Under the pieces are notes generated by a model. That model searched no databases, was not told the DNA's origin, and saw only the letters and a program-made list of their open reading frames with translations. Shown piece after piece: positions 25,501-37,199 of a stretch of DNA of 64,000 nt. Within the stretch, counting starts at the first letter, position 1. Each line of letters begins with the position of its first letter. Location of the stretch: positions 34,102,001 to 34,166,000 of the forward strand of contig CM097885.1 in the NCBI GenBank assembly GCA_044892525.1, written 5' to 3'. This DNA comes from Schmidtea polychroa. Lineage: Eukaryota. Both the position numbers and the translations under genes were made by a program.

Positions 25501-28500
25501 TAACTCTTTAAAATTAATTTTGTTTAAACCAATCAACACATACTTTCTAATATTCATTGTAAGAATTTAAAATATTTTGACATTTATTATATCCAATTTT
25601 ACTTTTAAGTTAATCTCTAAAGAAAATATAAATGTTTTAATCCAGTATTCCCCAAACATACAACCCATGTGTATCTTTTTCACATATTTTTTAACACTTC
25701 CTACCTATTAAAAGAAAATTTCTTGGATATACTATTAAAAAACTACTAATACTTTTTCCCATATGAGGTTAAGAAATAAAAAATTCTTAAATTTTGATTT
25801 TAGGGAAAATATTCTTTATAAGAGTTACTGATTGACTTTAAACACCTAAAACAATCTTCAAATAAATTTTCATCGAATTTTTAAAATAAAATATTGATTA
25901 TTTAAAAATTTTATAAGAAAATATTGCAGTTTCTTAAAAACAAATTTAATCATGTTAGTTTTGATAAACTATAAACAAAACATGAAAATTATTTTTTATA
26001 ATATAATGCAAATCTGTTTATTATAATTAAATGAATTAATCATTAATTATTAATGAGATCATAGTATGCATATAGCTAATGGTTTTAATGATCGGTGCTT
26101 GAATATAAAGAAAAGAATAAAATAAAATTTTTTAATCAAGAATAATGAAACGGATGATGTTGTTTATGTCCGGATTAAATTACTTTATTATTTGGTTCCT
26201 GATCTAATTTTAATCTTAGATGTGGCTCTACATTGAGTATTCTATTTCTATTTTTGTGATAATATAAACGAAAGTGGAAAAGGCAAATTCTCACAGATAG
26301 GAAGTTGGGAAAAGTAATATGAATTTCAGAACATTTTCAATTAATATAGGTTAAACATTTAATACTTCTGACCAAAATGACGCTAATCTATGTTCTGTAT
26401 ATCTATCTTTCAAGAATCCATATGAGGATAATTTTAACAATTGTTCTAATCCAATTTCATAAACCTCCTGACATGCATGTTGAAGCAATATTAAATGAAT
26501 ATCCTATACATTCAGCATTTTTCTCCAATCCAGGCAAATAATGCTATAGATTTAATTGTGATTTAATATAAATGCTATTTAATATTTCCCACATTTTCAC
26601 ATGAATACAACTGCCTGAATTTATCTGTAATTCATCAAGGAAAGATTTGAATTCTCCATTAATAACTCTTCAATGGCACAAATTTAATTTTTCTATCATA
26701 GCTTATACTTTATCTTGAACGTGAAACATTGAAACGTTTTTACCTTATAATGGCAAATTAAGACTGTTCAAGACAGAAAATATATCAACTAAATAGACTA
26801 ATTTATTTTATCCTTTCCAATCACGTAAATAGTATAGGCACTTTTTCAATTCTCCTCGAAGTTCAAACAATCGATTTAAAGTTTTCCTCTTGTTAGGCAA
26901 CGAGCATTTGTATGGCCGAGAAGTTAAATATGGATACTTCCCATTTCTTCACACATTTCTAAAAAATGTCTTAATATAATTAAAATTTTTTATTACTTTC
27001 ATCCAAAAACGTTTTTTAAATCTGGTGACGTACTACATGTTGCCAAAATGTTTTAAAATGTTTTCTTAGCAGATTCTTAAGAAGCGCAAAGTGACTCAAA
27101 GTCATTAAATTGATCATTTCATGCTTGTCGGTTGGAATCATATTCCTGTAGTTTTTCAGATGTAAGTGATTCAGTTTTTACCCAACAATTCATTTCTAGG
27201 ATCGATAAAATAATGTTAAAATTACAAAAACGATACACTAATCATAATTTTGAATAAAAATTAATGGAAAAAAACAATAATAGTGTAAGGAGTTAGTAAA
27301 CCTCTATATAACATTATTATGGTTAAATGGTAGAAGTGAGATCAGTTAGTAGAAATAATTATTTCTGTTAAATTTGTATATTTAAATTCTATATTAAATT
27401 ATATCATATTATATTAAATTATATTAAATTAAATCAATTAAATGTATGACCAGTAATTACATTAATATTAATAATTATCACGCCTCGGTGTTTAAATATT
27501 CTAGTAAACGGCACAATTTTTGAAGTTGTTATAAAAATAAATGCTTGAAGAAGACTTGAATTTAATTGCGTCTAACATGGCGACCACGACCACGGATTTA
27601 TTGATAAGCAGACTATTACCTGAGAAATTTCACAAAGGCGATGATTTAGAAAATTTTATCAAGGATTGTCAAAGGTTTTTTGGCGCGACAAAAACAACAA
27701 TTAGGATGCAAGTAATATTAACTACAACATTACTTGACAGATCGCTAATGGAAGATTATGAAGCAGCCGAAGGAAAAACTATGGAAGAGAAACTTCGATA
27801 TGCATTTTCAAAACCGACATCATTAATGGATGATCTAAAAGAAGCTTTGAGTTATGAACAAGGATCAGATTCAGCCGAAACTTTTATAGAGAAAATTAAA
27901 AAGATTACAAAGAAATTAATAGCGCACAAATGGGATGAAGAAGAAATAGAAAAATGCCTGCTTACAAACTGTGTAAGAGATCGAGAAGTTAAAAAAGAGA
28001 TCGAGATGAAAGATTTGAAAACAGTAGTATGATTGGAGCTCCCCCGGCCAGGAGCTCCCCCGGCCACATATACCCCCTCCCCCCCCCCCAAGAAAAAAAA
28101 ATTTTTTTTTAATTTTTTGTTTTAATTAATTGGCCGGGCGGGCTCACACTTTTTTTCATCCCAAAAATTAATGTTCCTGCCAACAGATTTTATTGACCGA
28201 TACCTCATCTTAAAGCTCAGTCCAAGACCTTTCGAATGAGCTATAGGTATCATATATATCTTTAATAGTTTTAATGTTATTAACAATTGATGACCACCAT
28301 CTTTTCAACGTTAAATTATTATTATTTTCCAAAATATTATTAATTGGCCGGGCGGGCTCACACTTTTTTTTCATCCCAAAAATAATGTTCCCACCAACAG
28401 ATTTTATTGACCGATACCTCATCTTAAAGCTCAGTCCAAGACCTTTCGAATGAGCCATAGAAGGTATCATCATCATTATTATTAACAAAGAGATTGACTC

Positions 28501-29127
28501 ACCCAATGACTCACCCAACGATGTCTAATATTTTTAGAACGATGCCAAATATTTTTAGAATGGTGCCTAATATTTTTAGAACGATTACATCATACTTTTA
28601 GAACGATGCCTCTTATTTTAGAACGATGTCTAATATTTTAGAACGATGCCTATTATTTTTAGAATGATTACGTCATATTTTTAGAATGATGCCTAATATT
28701 TTTAGAACGATGCCTATTATTTTTAGAACGATTACATCATACTTTTAGAACGATGCCTAATATTTTTAGAATGATGCCTAATATTTTTAGAATGATGTCT
28801 ATTATTTTTAGAACGATTACGTCATAATTTTAGAACGATGCCTAATATTTTTAGAATGATGCCTAATATTTTTAGAACGATTACGTCATACTTTTAGAAC
28901 GATGCCTAATATTTTTAGAATGATGTCTATTATTTTTAGAACGATTACGTCATAATTTTAGAACGATGCCTAATATTTTTAGAATGATGCCTAATATTTT
29001 TAGAACGATTACGTCATACTTTTAGAACGATGCCTAATATTTTTAGAATGATACCTAATATTTTTAGAACTAATAATCTTTGTTTTAATTATCGATTACA
29101 TATTAATTTAATTTGTTTAAATCGTTG

Positions 29128-29166
<39 letters not shown>

Positions 29167-32100
29167 ATTAGTCAAAAACCTAAAATAATTTTTACACACT
29201 AAGTTATGGGGAGAGAATTATTATATGTTTGCAGTATTCTGTGTTTGCCTTTACAGGAAGTTGTCAATAAGGAGCGATAATTTTATATACACATACCTTG
29301 TTTAACATGGGTGTATATACTCCTAGTCTATCCGACAAAATATTCTGTCCCCCTATGGGTACTGCTCACAAAATTACTGGTAAAAATATTCAAGACAAAA
29401 CTTTCTAAATTCTAAATATTATTCTTTAAATATACACTAAAATTTATTAACACATTCACATTCATCATCTCCACAGTTCATAACATTTTCAACAACATGA
29501 TCTATACAATCCCTATATACACACGGTTCAGTATCCGTAAATTCCTCCATAGGTTCATCAATTTCTTGAATGCTTTCCTCATCATCTTGAGTGTTTTCTT
29601 CATCTGTTTCATCAAATTCCGAATCTTCACTCTCTGCTACCCAGTCTATATTTAATGCGTTTGTAACAGATAATATATCCGCCATTTTCACACCAGATAT
29701 TTCTGCTAATTTTTCCAATAAAAAGTTTATTATAAATTCTAAATATTAAATAATTCGATAATTAACTAATCATATTAACCTTTTTCTGTAGTCATTATTA
29801 GTATTTTAAAACTATAGTATATATTTGTTTATAGAAAATATAGAATATAAGCGAAAACAAATATGACTAAATACATTTATTAAATACAACATTAAAATAA
29901 CTGTGAAAGTCTAGCAGACATAATTTTCCAAATTGGAGAATACACATCATTATTATCAACTTTATATCCTTGGATTGTAATTGTTATATACCAATTTTCG
30001 TTTTCTTTGAAACTGATTTCATCAAAGGAATCATAAAATTTTGCATATCGGTTGTTGAAAAATGCATTTTGATTGCATGATAGATTCGTATTCAACCTTT
30101 TGAAAACATCATCTATGGTTTTAATATCTAACATTGAAAGCGTGCCGGTTAAGAATTGAAATTGGGTAGGAATTAGCTTGATCGGTGACACCAATTTCAT
30201 ATTGATTTCTTCTTTTAAAAAATACATTTTGTAGTTGTGGAACATTTGAACAGGTTGTACAAGTTCTGGAACTACTTTTGGTTTTTCAGTGCTTGAAATT
30301 TTCTTGGTCATTGTGAATTATGATTAAAATGAAATGGTACAGGGTTTTTATACCTATGACTATTGTTTATCATCCAATCAGATTGCAGTATGTTTTTGTT
30401 TTAATTGAATGATAAATAATTAATTAAGTGATAATAAAAAATCTAAAAATTCTTTTCCTTCAATTATTGATTTAATTTCAGATATGATATTATCAACTAT
30501 ACTTTTGTAATCAATATTTTTTATTCCAAGAATTACTATCTTACCGCTAGCGAATATATTTACACACATAGGGTTATATTTTATATATCTCAAAGCTGGA
30601 AATAATTCTGGTTCATAAAAGCATGGTATTAATTTAGCTAATTTATTTAAATTACAAGAAAAACCTATATCGGAAGTTACGGTTATCGATTGTATTTCTA
30701 AATCATAAACATTATATTCACTAGCTTTGATTATTTCCTTACACCCCATAATTCTACATTTACCAGTTTTGAAATATATTATTGGATATTTATTACTTCT
30801 ATTGATAAGTTGTTGTGGTTTCCCTATTGGAAATACCATTTTTGATACATCAGTTTTTGCCCTGTAATTTATATTTGAAAGCATTTTAATGAAATAATTT
30901 TAAAAACTTTGATATATATAGGTATTTAAAAACAGAGTTCATTTAAATTATCAATATAAACAATAATTATATAGTTTAAATTTAAAAAATGGAATTACGA
31001 AATGATGCAGTATACCAAATCGTTGGTCCAAGTGGTAGCGGGAAAACTTTATTTGTTTGTAAATTACTAAAATCAAATTTGTTTAAAACAAAATTCAACA
31101 ATATTTATTGGCATAGGGGCGCCGACGAAGAACACGGATTGACGCAATCAAGTTTCTGTCAGTTGAAAAACATGAAAATAGTAAAGGTCTTTGATAAAAA
31201 CTGGTCAAGTCGTTTGAAGAAAGATGATGTCATCATTATCGATGATTTGTATCAAGAAGCCAATAAAGAAAAGGACTTTAATAATTTATTCACAAAAATC
31301 AGCAGACATGTTGGTGTAACAGTTATTTTCATAACACAAAATCTATTTCATCAAGGTGGTGCACATCGAACACGTAATTTAAATGTACAATATTTAGTTA
31401 TTTTCAAGAATCCTAGAGATGCAACTGTCATTGATTTTCTTGGACGACAAGCATACCCTAATAACCGTAATTTTCTTATCAGTGCATTTCAAGATGCCAC
31501 GAAAATACCGCATGGGTATATATTTCTCGATTTCACACAACAATGCCCTGATGATATACGGGTAAAAACGGATATTTTCAACCCAAAAGGTGCCATGGTA
31601 TATAAACAAAGTTCAAAACAAAGTTGAAAACATATAAATCATGTTTTCAAAAACAAGGATATCGGGTAAAAAACAACCAAAAGTTCCACCAACAACTAGT
31701 TATACTCCATCTAAAGAACTTATTACAGAAAATTTTCCTGCAATGAATCTTATTTCGAAAAATCCTAAACCAAAAAGTAAAACCACTAAGAAAGTAAAAG
31801 TTGTTAAAAATCATCGGAGTTTCCCGTTTTTCAATACATTGTTAAAGGCACCAAGTATGAAAAGAAACAGTATTTTGCAATCATTTCCAAATTATGTTGT
31901 CGATGATTTACTCGATATTATACTTAAAGTAGTCAAAGGCAAGATTAAAATCAGTAAATCTAAAAAGCAATTATTGAGTAAACATAGGAAACCTTTGCTA
32001 TCATTAGTAAATAATAAAAATCGTCAACAAATGAGAAAAATTATATATAAACAACAAGGGGGATTTATCGGTGCATTGATACCTTTAGCAATATCATTAT

Positions 32101-35100
32101 TAGGTGGAATAATAGGAAGTCGATCATAAACAATGGGTGCTAATCCTTCATTACCAGACATTAAATTTAATATTAAATCTTCTTGTTGTAATGGAGAAGA
32201 TTTGGACGAACCCGGAAGACGAAGCCGGTTTTGGTGGAGTGGCAAAATTAAGGAAAAGAGTTCCGAATTCGAAAAAGGAAACACAGAAGTGGTTATCAGA
32301 CCAGCTTGCGTACAGTTTGAACAAACCAATGCGGAAACGATTCCCAACAAGAACATATAAAACATATGGAATAAATGATTTATGGCAAATGGATTTGATG
32401 GAGATGATACCCTATTCGAAAATTAACAATGGGTATAAATATATTTTAACATGTATTGATGCAATAAGTTTAATTGTTCACACATATTTAAAAGTTTGGA
32501 TATTGTGAACAATTATACTTTAAATATTTAAGTAACACATCAAGTTTATCAATATATAATTCGTCAGCAAAGGTGAATGATTCTTCAACTTCATTATTAT
32601 ACGACACTGAAATTTCGATTTCTTCTCTCATTACACTGTTTGCTTCAAATAGATCAAAGCGTAATAAATATTCTGTTTCCATAACTTCATTTTTCAACTT
32701 ATTGCAACCCATTCGTCTGGCATCTTCAATATATTCGAATGTTATTGTAAATGGTTTAAAATCACAACTGATATTTAATCCATCCTTGTAAAACATAGTG
32801 CAATGCTGATCTAATATTTGATTCGGAATATGATATGTTTTATCATAATTACTGATAATAAAGATACCACTACATGTTTTCATAGCATTCCTTTTGAAAT
32901 CAATCTTACATTGACTATAAAATGGGAATGTATTGTACACGAATGTAAAATCTTGCAGTGCAACTTCCCAGTCACCATTTAAAGAAATCGGATTCTGGAG
33001 ATTGACCATGAATTTACTGGCTTGATTATCTGGATGAATAAGCGGGCAACTATTGCTTGGTAAAATAGTATAAAAATTCACTTTACTAGGTCCTTTTCTG
33101 ATATCCATGATGGGTTTTGATAACCATGCCATTTGACATAGTATTGTTTATCCTTGCCTTTATTTTTAGTTTTCAATATCTTCTGAATTCTAAATACTTT
33201 TGGGGGAGGAATAACTTGTAATTCCTGCTCATAAAATTTTCCTTGTACAATATTGTTATCATTGTCTTTGATGACATACATTACAGGATTCTGTTTAGTA
33301 TTTATTTTTGAAATTACAAAGACTTCATCACTCCAATTCGTATCAAAATTTTTAATAAATGGTGATGCACTAATTTTACTAATTCTAACATGGTCACCTA
33401 CTTTATATTTCGGTTTTGTAATTTTTTCAGGTTTTTTAGAATAGATTGTTTTTGACGTGATATCAATCGGCCTTAATCCATTCAGTCCTTGATGTGATGA
33501 GTGATTATAACTGGTTATTATTTTTGGTAAAACCAATACCCATTTTTTATTACCTTGATGCACGAATAATTTCTTTAATCTATCTCTCAAAGTTCGGTTA
33601 AATCTTTCAACATGAGCAGCTTTGTATTGAGAATGTACTGAGTAATGGTTTATTTTCATTTTATTGAGGATTTGCTTGACTTTACTGTTGTAGAATTCTT
33701 TACCTAAAATAATAATAATAATAATAAAAATAATAATATTAATACCTAAATCAGTTTGCAAGTTTTTAGGATGTCCATCTTTAAATAAATGATTAACAGC
33801 TTTGGACATTTCATCTGCAGATTTTGCCTTGACGGGTATTGCTCGGGCAAACCGACTGAATACATCAATACATGTTAAAATATATTTATACCCATTGTTA
33901 ATTTTCGAATAGGGTATCATCTCCATCAAATCCATTTGCCATAAATCATTTATTCCATATGTTTTATATGTTCTTGTTGGGAATCGTTTCCGCATTGGTT
34001 TGTTCAAACTGTACGCAAGCTGGTCTGATAACCACTTCTGTGTTTCCTTTTTCGAATTCGGAACTCTTTTCCTTAATTTTGCCACTCCACCAAAACCGGC
34101 TTCGTCTTCCGGGTTCGTCCAAATCTTCTCCATTACAACAAGAAGATTTAATATTAAATTTAATGTCTGGTAATGAAGGATTAGCACCCATTGTTTATGA
34201 TCGACTTCCTATTATTCCACCTAATAATGATATTGCTAAAGGTATCAATGCACCGATAAATCCCCCTTGTTGTTTATATATAATTTTTCTCATTTGTTGA
34301 CGATTTTTATTATTTACTAATGATAGCAAAGGTTTCCTATGTTTACTCAATAATTGCTTTTTAGATTTACTGATTTTAATCTTGCCTTTGACTACTTTAA
34401 GTATAATATCGAGTAAATCATCGACAACATAATTTGGAAATGATTGCAAAATACTGTTTCTTTTCATACTTGGTGCCTTTAACAATGTATTGAAAAACGG
34501 GAAACTCCGATGATTTTTAACAACTTTTACTTTCTTAGTGGTTTTACTTTTTGGTTTAGGATTTTTCGAAATAAGATTCATTGCAGGAAAATTTTCTGTA
34601 ATAAGTTCTTTAGATGGAGTATAACTAGTTGTTGGTGGAACTTTTGGTTGTTTTTTACCCGATATCCTTGTTTTTGAAAACATGATTTATATGTTTTCAA
34701 CTTTGTTTTGAACTTTGTTTATATACCATGGCACCTTTTGGGTTGAAAATATCCGTTTTTACCCGTATATCATCAGGGCATTGTTGTGTGAAATCGAGAA
34801 ATATATACCCATGCGGTATTTTCGTGGCATCTTGAAATGCACTGATAAGAAAATTACGGTTATTAGGGTATGCTTGTCGTCCAAGAAAATCAATGACAGT
34901 TGCATCTCTAGGATTCTTGAAAATAACTAAATATTGTACATTTAAATTACGTGTTCGATGTGCACCACCTTGATGAAATAGATTTTGTGTTATGAAAATA
35001 ACTGTTACACCAACATGTCTGCTGATTTTTGTGAATAAATTATTAAAGTCCTTTTCTTTATTGGCTTCTTGATACAAATCATCGATAATGATGACATCAT

Positions 35101-37157
35101 CTTTCTTCAAACGACTTGACCAGTTTTTATCAAAGACCTTTACTATTTTCATGTTTTTCAACTGACAGAAACTTGATTGCGTCAATCCGTGTTCTTCGTC
35201 GGCGCCCCTATGCCAATAAATATTGTTGAATTTTGTTTTAAACAAATTTGATTTTAGTAATTTACAAACAAATAAAGTTTTCCCGCTACCACTTGGACCA
35301 ACGATTTGGTATACTGCATCATTTCGTAATTCCATTTTTTAAATTTAAACTATATAATTATTGTTTATATTGATAATTTAAATGAACTCTGTTTTTAAAT
35401 ACCTATATATATCAAAGTTTTTAAAATTATTTCATTAAAATGCTTTCAAATATAAATTACAGGGCAAAAACTGATGTATCAAAAATGGTATTTCCAATAG
35501 GGAAACCACAACAACTTATCAATAGAAGTAATAAATATCCAATAATATATTTCAAAACTGGTAAATGTAGAATTATGGGGTGTAAGGAAATAATCAAAGC
35601 TAGTGAATATAATGTTTATGATTTAGAAATACAATCGATAACCGTAACTTCCGATATAGGTTTTTCTTGTAATTTAAATAAATTAGCTAAATTAATACCA
35701 TGCTTTTATGAACCAGAATTATTTCCAGCTTTGAGATATATAAAATATAACCCTATGTGTGTAAATATATTCGCTAGCGGTAAGATAGTAATTCTTGGAA
35801 TAAAAAATATTGATTACAAAAGTATAGTTGATAATATCATATCTGAAATTAAATCAATAATTGAAGGAAAAGAATTTTTAGATTTTTTATTATCACTTAA
35901 TTAATTATTTATCATTCAATTAAAACAAAAACATACTGCAATCTGATTGGATGATAAACAATAGTCATAGGTATAAAAACCCTGTACCATTTCATTTTAA
36001 TCATAATTCACAATGACCAAGAAAATTTCAAGCACTGAAAAACCAAAAGTAGTTCCAGAACTTGTACAACCTGTTCAAATGTTCCACAACTACAAAATGT
36101 ATTTTTTAAAAGAAGAAATCAATATGAAATTGGTGTCACCGATCAAGCTAATTCCTACCCAATTTCAATTCTTAACCGGCACGCTTTCAATGTTAGATAT
36201 TAAAACCATAGATGATGTTTTCAAAAGGTTGAATACGAATCTATCATGCAATCAAAATGCATTTTTCAACAACCGATATGCAAAATTTTATGATTCCTTT
36301 GATGAAATCAGTTTCAAAGAAAACGAAAATTGGTATATAACAATTACAATCCAAGGATATAAAGTTGATAATAATGATGTGTATTCTCCAATTTGGAAAA
36401 TTATGTCTGCTAGACTTTCACAGTTATTTTAATGTTGTATTTAATAAATGTATTTAGTCATATTTGTTTTCGCTTATATTCTATATTTTCTATAAACAAA
36501 TATATACTATAGTTTTAAAATACTAATAATGACTACAGAAAAAGGTTAATATGATTAGTTAATTATCGAATTATTTAATATTTAGAATTTATAATAAACT
36601 TTTTATTGGAAAAATTAGCAGAAATATCTGGTGTGAAAATGGCGGATATATTATCTGTTACAAACGCATTAAATATAGACTGGGTAGCAGAGAGTGAAGA
36701 TTCGGAATTTGATGAAACAGATGAAGAAAACACTCAAGATGATGAGGAAAGCATTCAAGAAATTGATGAACCTATGGAGGAATTTACGGATACTGAACCG
36801 TGTGTATATAGGGATTGTATAGATCATGTTGTTGAAAATGTTATGAACTGTGGAGATGATGAATGTGAATGTGTTAATAAATTTTAGTGTATATTTAAAG
36901 AATAATATTTAGAATTTAGAAAGTTTTGTCTTGAATATTTTTACCAGTAATTTTGTGAGCAGTACCCATAGGGGGACAGAATATTTTGTCGGATAGACTA
37001 GGAGTATATACACCCATGTTAAACAAGGTATGTGTATATAAAATTATCGCTCCTTATTGACAACTTCCTGTAAAGGCAAACACAGAATACTGCAAACATA
37101 TAATAATTCTCTCCCCATAACTTAGTGTGTAAAAATTATTTTAGGTTTTTGACTAAT

Positions 37158-37199
<42 letters not shown>

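Noticed and set aside
28518..29070. Repeat array resembling CRISPR
   Set aside because: Units are contiguous with no unique spacers, the context is eukaryotic and there are no cas genes; it is a minisatellite.
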